Of a DNA stretch of 64,000 nucleotides, positions 48,343-61,000 are shown one piece after another. Numbering within the stretch: position 1 is the stretch's first letter; each line of letters begins with the position of its first letter. This DNA comes from Eledone cirrhosa (Eukaryota): the NCBI GenBank assembly GCA_964016885.1, contig OZ024741.1, positions 392,770,001 to 392,834,000 of the forward strand, read 5' to 3'. Made by a program: the position numbers and the translations under genes. The notes beneath the pieces were generated by a model. It did not search any database, was not told the origin of the DNA, and was given only the letters and a program-made list of their open reading frames with translations.

Positions 48343-49043
48343 TTTATGCCACGAAACTACGTAGTCGAGGAATCTAGGAGAAGTTTGGGTATGATACATT
48401 TTATTACTAATTATATCTAAATGTTTCTTCTCTCTTCATAATGTATTTTTAACTCTGATACTGGTTCAGTCTAATTCAACCGGATTGGTCTGTCCCAGTC
48501 ATTCATTGAGCAACATCGGTAAGGTTGGCACCATTAACTCACGGTTGGATGTGGATGCATTCATGTATATGTGTGTGTCCGCATGTATCTGTGTGTTTCT
48601 AAATATATTGTTCATAACTCCCTCTGGTCGAGTAATCTTTGAAGTGTGGTGACTGCTGGAAAGCTGCCATTACTCATACTTCTCGCCTCCTTCACCACCT
48701 CTTCTACGGCTTCGATATAAATACCCCCTCCGCCTCCGTGGTATTTTCTTCGGGGTTATAAGAGGCTTAGCTCTGTTTCTCGACCGTTATATCGCGTGAC
48801 TATCTCCCCCTCCGCCTTTTGGGATTCTTTCTCACGTCATGTAGACGCGTTCTTGAAGCTAGTAAAATGAGGTATCCTCTTGATAAGTCGGCAGACCTCG
48901 CAAAGGCTCTATATCTTTATGATGTATTGTTTTTGTTTATGCCACGAAACTACGTAGTCGAGGAATCTAGGAGCAGTTTGGGTATGATACATTTTATTAC
49001 TAATTATATCTAAATGTTTCTTCTCTCTTCATAATGTATTTTT
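48343..49043 (+). mobile_element. Retrozyme-like non-coding element: 593-bp unit with ~107-bp direct terminal redundancy
   Basis: 48343-48450 is repeated at 48936-49043; complete hammerhead at 48875-48964. Confidence 0.8.
48875..48964 (+). ncRNA. Type I hammerhead with U3-A8 core and long stem II
   Basis: TCCTC-TTGATAA-GTCGGCA...TGCCAC-GAAA-CTACGTAG-TC-GAGGA. Confidence 0.75.
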
Positions 49044-49604
49044 ATATATATATATATATATATAACGTTGAAAGAGATAGAAGGCCAAACAATGCAAAAT
49101 GGACTGTAAGATGAGGTAACGAAAAGTTACCTGGTAATCTTTGTTTTGTTTTGTTGTTGTTCTTTTATCTGTCCAATACTTTGGGAGCTAAAAGTCCCTT
49201 CATCAGGGTTTAAGGAACCTTCAGTGGATAACGTTCCAATTTCCTCTCTTTGGGATTAAATTTTGATTTTGATTTAAATTTTTGCTGCGTCCACAGATTG
49301 ATTTTTTTTTAGTTTCAGAAGATCCCGTTAAGGGTGAAAGCAGCGATTCTTTGCTTAAACTTAAATCTGTTATTTTAATATTTGCAAGAGATGTCAACAT
49401 GAATGGACCTGTTATTTTTATCTAAAGACATTTTTTCCAATTCTAACCCGCCCGTCCCCTCAATCTATCTTATTTCTCATTCTTTCTTCTGATCAAGGAA
49501 TAGCGTCTGAAACGTTAAGCCCCTCCTCCTGCTATATCAAGCGTTAACCTAATATATCCCTTCCATATACTGTACCGATTGTGTTGTTATTTCTGTTTAC
49601 CTTT

Positions 49605-49684
<80 letters not shown>

Positions 49685-49692
<8 letters not shown>

Positions 49693-50636
49693 TGTAGTTC
49701 GTGTCTGTTTGTTTGTTTGTTTGTTCACGAACTCCTCCTATGGTTTTGGAGATAGACCCCCATAACCATATATATTCTGAAACTACATTGCCCAGAGTAC
49801 TTGGATAAGTATATTTCATTTTAATCAAAGGGTTCCTCGGGGACACAAACCCCCGCTGAAAATCCCCGCTGAAAATTGTTTCCCTTCGATTTATATGAAA
49901 TTTAAACCATAGGTAAAAGACAAGATATGATGCTTATTCACAAAATGTCAGCAAATTTCAATAATATTAAGATACTTTAATGAGGGTTAAACCTCCTATA
50001 GTGAAAATGTTCGTCAATAAATTGAACAAGATGTGTTGTAACAAAATTGCATGAGAACTTGATTGAAGCAACCATTATATTCGGGGCTTACAAAGGTCAA
50101 GCTCTTCTCATTGCGAGGATTCCACTTACACCAAGTGATAACGAGTTGCCTTTTACATTTAGGAGGCTGCAGTTCCCAGGGAGGCCATGCTTTGCTATGA
50201 GCATCAATAAGAGTCTAGGTCAAACTTTCAAAACTATTGGTATAAATCTGACAAACCCATGTTTCAGTTATGGCATGTTTTATGTGGCTGTTTCAAGGAC
50301 TGGTACTTCAAAAAATCTCTACATTTTAGCCAATCGAAAATAGACAAGAAATGTTGTTTACCCTGAAGTTCTTCATTAGGACAAAGTATGAAATATATTT
50401 TCATGTATTTATTATGTTAAAAAATAGATAATTAAACTTTGAATTTCTAATTTGAAAATAATGTTTTACACAAAAATGAAATGACCAAGTTTTGAATTGA
50501 TATTTAAAAAAATTATTTTTACAAGAAACAAAATAAGAATAAGATTTAATAAAGTAATTTTGATTTGATATATTACAAAAAATAATGTTTTCCAATTTTT
50601 CATGCATTACATTTTACATTGAGTAATATTGAAATG

Positions 50637-50640
<4 letters not shown>
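49685..50640 (+). mobile_element. Internally deleted Helitron with PIF1-helicase C-terminal remnant (50047-50380)
   Basis: RIPL...PFTFRRLQFP...FAMSINKSLGQT...FSYGMFYVAVSR...TRNVVYPEVL; Helitron-like 5' (GTTT)n segment. Confidence 0.88.
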
Positions 50641-50711
<71 letters not shown>

Positions 50712-50749
50712 GAGAATAGGATTGGCTGTGTAGTAGTTGGTATTTAAGG

Positions 50750-51002
50750 TAGCTTAAAATGGAGTGAGAATGAGAAGCAAGAACGGGGGAGGGGTTTCTC
50801 ATCAGTTGTCTACTGGAGGTCTCGGCCCTTCTGTTTTCCTTCCCTCCTTCCTCCGTTTTCTCAATAACTTACCCAGTTATTGACGCTCTGGGTGGTAGAT
50901 ATCTTGTCTTTAAAGTGTAGAAATATCCGAGACGCCAGTAGACAACTGATGAGGAAAACTCCGCCCGTCCTTGCTTTCTTCTTATTCTCACTCCATTTAA
51001 AG

Positions 51003-51005
<3 letters not shown>
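50750..51005. repeat. Diverged ~75-bp inverted repeat between microsatellites
   Basis: 50750-50826 versus 50926-51005. Confidence 0.7.
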
Positions 51006-51063
<58 letters not shown>

Positions 51064-51319
51064 CAAATTGGATTATAATTCTAACACCTTTCATTATCAT
51101 GACTTTTGATATTGATAACCATACACACGTCCATTTGTCTAATGGTCCCAAATCAGTTTATATATTTGAAATGTTCTCACTAGCAGTATTATATTAACAC
51201 TACTACCACTAATACAATTACAGAGGTCACAGAGGCCAAAACACTCTTAGTTTAGGGTATATATAGGCGGCGAATTAGCAGAGTCGTTAAAACGTCAGAT
51301 AGAGTGCTTTGTTTTAGTC

Positions 51320-51890
51320 ATAAGTAATTATAAACCACTACCTCCTTACGGAAAACTAACGCTGCACACCAGGTCCGAACACAGAAGAGCCCCACTCCCA
51401 CTGTCATCGCCTCCATCTCTCTCACCCTCCCAATCTCTCTCTATTATGAACAAATAGGGTCCCACGTACTGGCCGTCCCACGGCCCCGGCGGACAGAATG
51501 GAGAAGACGTTTCCTCGGAGGATGGTGAGGGAAATGCGCTGGAAGAGCCATTCCATCTCGCGGCTAGCCAGCTCAGCACCTATAGTGGTAAGTAGGGAGG
51601 TAGCCCTAGGGCCAAGGACACCAGAAGTCTCCACTGATAGGGGCTCGACTGTAAACCTGTCGGAGAGCGACCGATACTTGGAGAGTTTACTCTCCTCACA
51701 CCAATGAGCAGCAGTACCTGGGTTTGTTGCAGACTGCACCAGGTTGCCGCTGGAGAATGTGTCGCTGCAAGTGGCATCCCAGACAAGGGGTTTACCACCG
51801 CGGAACAGTAAGATGGTAGTACCGTCTTGTCATTTGTCATTCCCTCGGTGCAGCCCCACCACCTCGAGCTGGGAGGGAAACCTGCACGTG
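51320..51890 (-). mobile_element. CRE-like retrotransposon 3' end, flanked by SINE pieces (51265-51315 and 51895-52060)
   Basis: PGTAAHWCEESKLSKYRSL...VETSGVLG...WLFQRISLTILRGN. Confidence 0.85.
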
Positions 51891-52456
51891 TATGTAGAGG
51901 GTCGGACGCCATGCTTTGAAGCATAGAGTTACCTCCCTTTATGATCTGAGTTCAAATCCCGCCGAGGTTAACTTTGTCTTTCATCCTTACGGGGTCGATA
52001 AAATAAAGTACCAGTAATGCACTGGGATAATTGCTGGCCTTGTGCCAAAAGTAGAAACAATTATTCTTAACTCCGAAGCTGAGAATCATTCGGTTTCCTA
52101 AATAGAATATTAGTCTAATGACATCATTTATACCATAAACGTGGTTTTGTCTTTGCGTGTATTTATTCTCACGCTCCACATAACGACGTATTATCTTCAC
52201 TTTGTTCCGTTCATTGCCAGGGAACGTCTTCTCGAACCAAAGTATCGTCTTCCTGTTTTCCTTCGGTTGCAACGTTTTTCGAAATATTTAATTCTGCGTT
52301 CACAGATTGATCCCGTTAAGGGTGAAAGCAGCGATTCTTTGCTTAAACTTTAATCTGTTATTTTAATAAATATTTTCTGTAGGGTGCTTATATATTTGAT
52401 ATATATTTATCCTTATCGAGCCGTCTTTGGATTTTAGTCTTCACATTTATTATTAT

Positions 52457-52532
<76 letters not shown>

Positions 52533-52540
<8 letters not shown>

Positions 52541-52708
52541 CTGCTTTGGGAGGGTCATGTTGCCAATAAGAAACACACACATCAGTTGCTTTCACTCCAA
52601 TTTATTATAAATTAAATTTATAAATTTAATTTATAATAAATTTGAGTGAAACAACTGGTGCGTGTGTTTCTTATTAGCAACATGGCCCTCCCAAAGCATA
52701 ACAATATC
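52533..52708. repeat. Fold-back palindrome adjacent to (TA)n; single related arm at 55672-55750
   Basis: TATTGTTCTGCTTTGGGAGGGTCATGTTG versus CAACATGGCCCTCCCAAAGCATAACAATA; centre near 52620. Confidence 0.8.
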
Positions 52709-52785
52709 GGTTTCAACACACGTTTTCAGATAAAGAATCTTGCTAAACAAATTCAGAAACGAAATATATATATATATATATATAT

Positions 52786-53271
52786 CTAGAGCGGGTAAAA
52801 TTCCCGAGATCCATGGACGAGTTCTCTCCAGCGGTCTCTGTCCCTCATTATCGCTGCCATGCCCTGCGTCTCCAACAGACCAGTGTCTGTCCTTAGGGCA
52901 TCAACATACGTTAACCTTGGTCTTCCTCTTCCAGTGTGTCCATGTAGGGGCTCCCACAGGAGCACCGAGTGCAATGTCAACTCTGGATGTCGGTGAGCAT
53001 GTCCAGCTAACCTCAGTCTCCTCTGTGTCACTTTTGAGCTGACTTTTGGGAGGCTCCCATACAACTCTGAGTTTTTCATCCTCAGTATATACTGATTAAT
53101 GTTCAGAGCCATCCTCAGCATTCTCGTGTAGCACCCATCCACTATCTGAGTGAGTTTCTTGGTCAGTGTCCAAGTCTCAGACCCGTACAGCAGCACAGAC
53201 TCCACTACAGCAATGAAGATGCGGATTTTCAGGTCTTTACGAAGGTCCGACTTCCACACCGATCTCAAGCT

Positions 53272-53275
<4 letters not shown>
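52786..53275 (-). mobile_element. RTE-clade LINE 3' end inserted in (TA)n
   Basis: VESVLLYGSETWTL, RRLRLAGH, GRGRPRLTY, DRDRWR; uninterrupted frame. Confidence 0.9.
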
Positions 53276-53318
<43 letters not shown>

Positions 53319-53801
53319 AAAAATAAAGATAAAATATATAAATAAACGAAAAAAAAAAATATGGATACAATAAGAGAAAGATACAAAAAATGATGGAGGC
53401 AAATTGTGTTTGCACCATTTGCCTCCATCATGGATCAACTAAGCACCCTTGCTATATTAACACATTTTGATTTGCTTATCTTCAAGAACTATGCCTGTAA
53501 ATAACATTATTTTTCTTTCACCTTGCCTTATTATGCTCCACATTACGCCCCTTTTTTTCTCTTTTCTTTTCACTTCATAAACCTTGTTTGTAAATAACAT
53601 TATTCTTTCTGCACCATTTTTTTAACATGTCCAACACCACCATTCTACACCAATACATATTATTATCATTTGATAATGCATAAAAATGCTGAAACCGGTA
53701 ATAGACAATTATTAAATAAATAAATAAATGCCATTGTTAATTAATAAATAAATCAACTAATACCTTAATACTTCACACAAAGTAAAATATAGAAGAGCTT
53801 C

Positions 53802-53843
53802 AAAAATATGGAACGCTTCACGAATTTGCGTGTTATCCTTGCG
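53802..53843 (-). pseudogene. U6: U6 snRNA 3'-terminal fragment (retrocopy)
   Basis: Minus strand CGCAAGGATAACACGCAAATTCGTGAAGCGTTCCATATTTTT matches the conserved U6 3' end with one mismatch. Confidence 0.92.
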
Positions 53844-53846
53844 TGT

Positions 53847-53933
53847 CATCCTCTTCTATATTAAAACTTTTATACTCTGCTTTGTCTTGAGTACCTTACA
53901 TACTGTGGTTACCTCCGATTCAATCCGGAATAA

Positions 53934-53969
<36 letters not shown>

Positions 53970-54056
53970 TTATTCCGGATTGAATCGGAGGTAACCACAG
54001 TATGTAAGGTACTCAATACAAAGCAGAGTATAAAAGTTTTAATATAGAAGAGGATG
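53847..54056. repeat. Near-perfect palindrome (~90-bp arms) centred on (TA)n
   Basis: CATCCTCTTCTATATT...GGAATAACT-(TA)n-AGTTATTCC...AATATAGAAGAGGATG. Confidence 0.9.
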
Positions 54057-54551
54057 TGAATTGACCGCCAGAAACCGGGGTTACCTCCCTTTGGAGTAAC
54101 ATGTGCTTCACACCTGGTTTTGTGTTAGAACGAAAGCCTGTTGAGAAAGTAAATTCCTCTGTTCGATCTTCCAGAAACCTAACTTGTATACACCATAAGC
54201 GGATTTTGTTGATTTCGGATTTACAGAAACCTCACTTGGATATTCAGTAATTTCCAAGTGACGGTCCAGGTATATTATATATACAGATATGTGCATATGT
54301 GTATGTATGTATATTTTTATATGTATATATATGTGTGTGTGTGTATTTCCTTTTCTCACTAGTCAGTTCTTTCATTGATACAGATCACGCAGCTGAATTA
54401 GCGGTCGCTATTTTCAATTTGCAAAGCCCTTTAAACTGTATGTTATTACTCTGAGGTTTATTCCTTGTCGAGTGCTTGGCTCCACTGCTGAAGGCATTCG
54501 TTGGCTTGGCTGCTGATCGAACTTTGAATATACTGTACTATTGTATATATT

Positions 54552-54635
<84 letters not shown>

Positions 54636-54641
<6 letters not shown>

Positions 54642-55225
54642 TATGTATACGTACATACATATATGTATACAGACGTACAGTAGTATGTATATATATATAC
54701 ATACATGCACATATATATATATGTACGTATGGATTCACCGAACATTTATTATAATGGTCGGTGTGTTTGTAAACAAACATCCCGAATTAAGCCGTACAGT
54801 GTTTAGCAACCATCGTTGCTCATTTGTTCAACACTGACAAAGGAATGCAGTACTAGTTTCAAGCTTATTAGCTATCGTCAACAACGTATACCTTCCTGCC
54901 AGATGGTTGAACGTCTGAAAGTATATACTTTCCTTATGCATATTAACGGCTGAGCAGCCTAATTTGCATATCGAGTGAGTTAATCGGCCGAGGTACCGAA
55001 AACGATAAACGGAAAAAATGAAACGAAATTTCATTTCTCACTCTTAGTACGACTGTTACTTAAATATATATATGTACATATATATATGTGTGCATGTATG
55101 TATATATATATACATACTACTGTACGTCTGTATACATATATGTATGTACGTATACATACTTATATTTAAGTAACAGCCGTACTAAGAGTGAGAAATGAAA
55201 TTTCGTTTCGTTTTTTCCGTTTATA
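54636..55225. repeat. Nested inverted repeats of a family related to 47067 and 2429-2475
   Basis: 54636-54730 versus 55070-55165, and 55006-55068 versus 55163-55223; degenerate hammerhead at 54847-54885 (minus). Confidence 0.7.
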
Positions 55226-55538
55226 TATATATATATATATATAAAGAAAAAGAGATGAAATCGAAAATGCAACTGGAGTCTTATTTTTTTTTTAAATATA
55301 TATATTTATTTGGTTCCTTTACCGGTTTCGCAGATGTGAGAAAAACCACAGACCCTCCATCTCAACTCTACTTTTGAAAAGCAGAAGAACTGCGAAACCG
55401 GTAAAGGAACTAAATAAATATATATATTTTTTAAAAAAATAAGACTCCAGTTGCATTTTCGATTTCATCTCTTTTTCTTTATACTTTCACTCGTGTAGGA
55501 CACCTCGGTTATTTTTCAATTTGTAAAAAAAACCTCAC

Positions 55539-55603
<65 letters not shown>

Positions 55604-55789
55604 CACACACTCATACGCATATATAAACACATACATACACACACATATACATGCACACACACACATATATATATTGTTATACTTTGGGAGGTTCATGTTG
55701 CCAATAACAACACACACACACCTGTTGGTTTTCACTTAAATTTATTATAAGTTTCCGGTTGGTTGGTTGGTTCGATAACTGGAAGGGTG

Positions 55790-57352
55790 TTTGTATATTG
55801 TCAAAGCTCTTTCGTCACACATTCCGTGACCTCCTCAGTGAGTAGGTTTTTATTTTGTATGTCTCTCCTTCGTTCTGTCCTACAACATCTTGTTTTTGTG
55901 TGTTGTGTGTTGTGTGCTTAGTTTGCGCATGCGTTACATCCGGGTGTGTGTGTGTGTGTGTTTTTATTTATTTATTTATGTCTTTATTTATTTGTTCTAT
56001 CTGTGTGTGTGCCTGATTTGTTTTGTTAGTTTGGTATTTTTTGTATATCTGTATGTCTTCATTTTGTCCTTAGTTACTAGTTGTGATGTTATTCCACTCA
56101 TGCTTTCTGTTTAATTTTGGTTGGAGTTCGTTTAAGTTTGTTGCATCTTTGATTTGTCTGAGCATTGTATCTTTTCTGTGTGTGGATATAATTGTTATCC
56201 CTATGGTCTCTAATGTGCCCCTATATTCTATTTTGGCATGTCGGTGGAGTACTGATGAGTTTTTCCCATCCTGGAGTTTTCGCCAGTGTTCACTTATCCT
56301 TTCTCTTATGGAATTTCGTGGGATTGATACCAGTGAGCTGGGACTCCTACTTAAACTCACATACAATAAGGAATACTTAGACACACATGACCTCAGCAGC
56401 CTCTGCCCCACAAGGTCAGAAAGAGGCAGACCACCCACCATTACCTCAATGGCTAAGAAGACCCACACAGAAAGATGGAGCGGGTGGACTAGAGCCATAC
56501 GTACCCCCGAAAACCATGATGAATTAAAGACAATGATCGCACATGCGGTAGGGGCCAGTATAAAACTAACCCTTAAGGAACATATGTTCAAATTTAATGG
56601 TAAAACATATGCCCAAGAGGAGGGAGTAGCCATTGGCGTTAGCATACAGGTGACATAGCTAACCTCTTTATAGTATGGTGGGACAGAAAACTTAAGGAAT
56701 AATTAGACGACAATTTTATAACCCTGACTATGTACTCCCGCTACGTAGATGGCATAAATATTGTAGTAAAAACACCCCACAGGAGAACAGTCAGTAATTA
56801 GAGAAGAACGCTATGGAAAGCATCCAGCAAATAGCTAACTCCATCTACCAGAGATATTAAAGTTACTATAGACTACACAAATAAACACCCCAACCAGAGA
56901 TTACCCGTACTAGACACAGCAATCTGGCTGGAAACTATTAGTAATAGAACGCCAATCCTCCATTCGCATTATGCCAAATCCATGACCTCCAAATACCTGA
57001 TCCACCGAAACTCAGTTGTTTCAGATCACATGAAAATCAACATACTGATTGTGGACTTAATAAGAGTGATGAGGAATATGTCCCGCTGTGCAACCTCAAC
57101 GAATTAGAGAGACACATACAACACTTCATCCACTGCATGCAGTTCTCTGGCTACAATCAGAGAGACAAGATCAGGATATGTAAAGGAGCGAGAACCAAAT
57201 GGGCAAATATTGTAGAAAATGAGGCAAATGGAACTTGCTCCATGAATAGGAGAACATTTTGGAACAGAATAGAAAGGATTAGGAATAAGGCAAATAAAAT
57301 AAACTCATGGTATGATGGCAATAAATACCAAAGTGTAATGTTCGTCAGTACT
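55790..57352. mobile_element. Penelope-like element with internal inversion: endonuclease + hammerhead on minus (55790-56307), RT on plus (56308-57352)
   Basis: Minus: RERISEH...LHRH...RQIKDA...LNRKHEW and hammerhead 55801-55841. Plus: HMFKFNGKTYAQEEGVAIG...RYVD...LPVLD. Confidence 0.85.
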
Positions 57353-57478
57353 TAGTCAGAGAAATATTATGGAGGAGGGAGAAAGGAAAAAAGGGGTTTT
57401 TATTCTTAAAACACCCCCTTTCTTTCTTTCCCACCAAAATATTTCTCTAAGTTTTGATCCTACCACACTTACAATAAG

Positions 57479-57536
<58 letters not shown>

Positions 57537-57783
57537 GTATATTTATATACACACTCACAAATATACACTCATACCCTCTAAAACCATATTCCTAAAATAT
57601 AATTTCTTTTACAATCCTATATATATATCTTTCTCCTATAGCAATTGTCTGTAACTTACATTACCCTCCTCGCCACCCCCATCTGAACTCTTGACCAGTC
57701 CTTTAACACAATTGAGATACACACATATATATATACAGAAAAATTGCTCTCTCTAAAAATAATTTGTTCTGTGAAAAGACACA

Positions 57784-57839
<56 letters not shown>

Positions 57840-57846
57840 GACCCCC

Positions 57847-57877
<31 letters not shown>

Positions 57878-57972
57878 CATGTACGTACACATAAACACGC
57901 GCACACGTACGTAAATCGGCGCGACACATGTACCCGCACTCATACGAACGTATACACCAAATACACATATAA

Positions 57973-58007
<35 letters not shown>

Positions 58008-58069
58008 CATATAATCATATATACATATATAAATATACACGCATAAATGCGTATATAACGCACACACAC

Positions 58070-61000
58070 ATACCTATAGGTAAATACACATATGTTCAAC
58101 AACGTATATATACCAAAACCCTATGTACACATATACACACCATACATACGTGCAAACACACATACATACTCATACATACCCATATATACGCATATACATA
58201 CATACATATATGGGTGTATAAAAAAATTAAATTAAATTAAAAAAATACCAACGTACATATACGTATATATACACATATATATACATATACACTCACCCGC
58301 AAATAAACAAATATAATACACGTACATACACATACCCACACACACACATACACCCACATCCACAGACACACACACACACACATACATACACACATGCACA
58401 CACACTCACGCACACACACACAGACACAGACACATATATACATATACATATATATATATACACACACATATATACATATATATATACAATATACACATAA
58501 AAATACAAAAATATACACAAATACATATATACACACATACACAAATACATATATATACACACATATATGCATACAAATATACACGCACAAACACGAAATA
58601 CACGTATACACACATACCAGTATATATAATATATACACCTATAACAAATACAAGCATATATACGTACGAGAGAGTATACGTACCTTCACAAAACATACAG
58701 GTAATTTATACTAACCTATACAAATAAGTAATGGTATAAACATAAAATATACTTAGCTACCACATCAAGACGTAAATTATCCGCGTATTGTTCGTACTAT
58801 CCGTTAGGGTATAATGTGGGGCTGTATAACAGAAAAGTTTTGTGCAATTTGTGTTTACAAGCCGAAATTGTCTCGGATTTTTTGTTTAAGATGTTATCAT
58901 TGGCGTAGAATATTTCCAGGGCTTCAGTGGCGCAAAGATCGCACGGTCTTTTGTTTCGGTTATCCGATCTAGCTTTAGCTAGGATCTCCCAGTGTAACCT
59001 ATATTGGGTGTGGTTGTCTTTTAGATTCCAGATATAAGCTGAAAGTAACGTCATGTTCCTTCTTAAAGGGTTAAGAAAAGAATGGGTGTGCATGTAAAGA
59101 CGCTGCTTGAATCTATTGGTGGTTAACCCTATGTAGGCCCTACTAGACGTGAGTGTGTCGACCTTACATTTGTAGACAATGTTACTGGAGAGGCATTTCC
59201 CGGATAGAAGGCAGTCAACCTGATTCCTACAATTACAGTTAGTACTAGCTACAGGGTTGCACGTGTTACTACGGCTAGATAATTTGACTAAATTTGATGC
59301 AGTGATGTTATGTGCGAAGTTAAGAGTCGTGGAGTAAGATATTTTAACGGTATTTTTATTAAAAATGTTATTATATTTATGTGCTAAGGGGAAATGCTTC
59401 TTTATTAGAGAGAGAAAGATTTTAGCTAATGGTGTGGCCACCTCCATATTATATGGTGGATTATACCATATAATGCGTCCGGATCTATTTTTTCCTAGGT
59501 TTATGCTCGTACTTAGTATATTCTACCTTATCAGCAAATCCACTCCGGGCAAGAGCTTCATTGTAATATGTGGAAAGATCAGTGAAAATATGCTCGCTTG
59601 TAGATAGACGAGAAAGCCTCAAAGAAACGTTTCTTACCAGGTTCTTGGTTATGCTGGCGGGATGGTTAGAATTCTTACTGATCTAATTAAGCGAATCATT
59701 CGGCTTTCTATACGGGTAGTACAAGCCATTGGACAAATTGACAAATTGAGGGTAACGTATAGGTAGTTTACGACCGAAAGGTTGGCCTCAACTTGTATGG
59801 AGAGGTTGAAGCCTTTAAAGAAAGCTGGAAGTTCTTTTCTAAACCTATCGCAAGCTCGGGACCACACTTTGTCATGGTCAAAAGGCCGTCATCATGGTAC
59901 AAGCCTCCGCCTAGATTATGGAAATCTTCCTTGATAGAGAAAAGAAGGAAAAGGCCGATAAAATCTGTAACCTCCGCCAAATCACTGGCGCCCATAGTCA
60001 CGTCGAATGGGATACGATTAGATTTTGTATCCAAATAGAGTCGTCAAAATTAATCACCGACTTACGGCCATTGAGGATGTCATCAACTTCGAGATTTTTA
60101 ACCACCGTGAGCGTTTTAGCAAAATTGATAGCTCTAAGAAGAAGTGGTAAAATGATGGAGGAGTAGTAGTTGTTGATGTTGAATTGGATACAACGACAAT
60201 GTTCCTTGTTGCATACGCCATTGAACCAATCAACCACCGCGAAAGAATTATTCCACAATGCAAGAGGGGCCAAGCTTCTAATTTCAGGAATAATTCTATC
60301 TAAAATTCTTTTACTAAGTCTACCTAAAACAGACTTTGTAGGGTTTTTAGCAGAGAGTTATGTTTAGAGAGTTGTAATGTTGCCACGAGGAACCAGGTTT
60401 GGTAGAAAGATATGATAGGAATATCGACAACGACTTTAGCTTGTTTTTACAAAGGTTATTTATTAACAAAGGTTAAGAAGTGAATTAAGTTGGCATGCCA
60501 AGAATAATGAAATAATCCAATTAAGATTACAAGAGAAAATACGGTCGACTGGCTGAGGCGTTTGGCCAGGTCCGTAGTAAAAGTGTTGTGTCGTTACATA
60601 TTGTTTGTGCTTACGGAGCAAAAGAACAAGTGATGTTTACCTTAGCATGGTCAAGCTGCAAGTCAGTGATTTCTCAAATCTTCGCAGGCTATTTCTCCCT
60701 CAGAACGCGTAGGGATACATCCTCTTCTCCTGGCGCTGATTGGCTGAGCTGAGCCAAATCACGCACAGAGAATGTATGTGAGCCCGCGGAATCTAGGTCA
60801 CTACATCACCTCCGAGCAGATATTAAGCCGAAAATCGTTAACGATGAAGCCAAGCACCCACAAGGTACAGTTTACATCCCCCCTTCTAGACGGTAGTCGA
60901 TACAGATTATTGAATCAGCAAGAACAAATGCTGAAAGAGCACATCAGTGAAAAAATAATTGAGCAGAAAGATGCATGCAAGAAAATAAATGAGGCGCTAC

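Noticed and set aside
50926-50965. CTGATGA in the 50750-51005 inverted repeat as a hammerhead
   Set aside because: Could not assemble stems I-III with GAAA and UH in a valid order.
53802-53843. Functional U6 gene
   Set aside because: Only the last ~42 nt are present; no ACAGAGA box or 5' stem.
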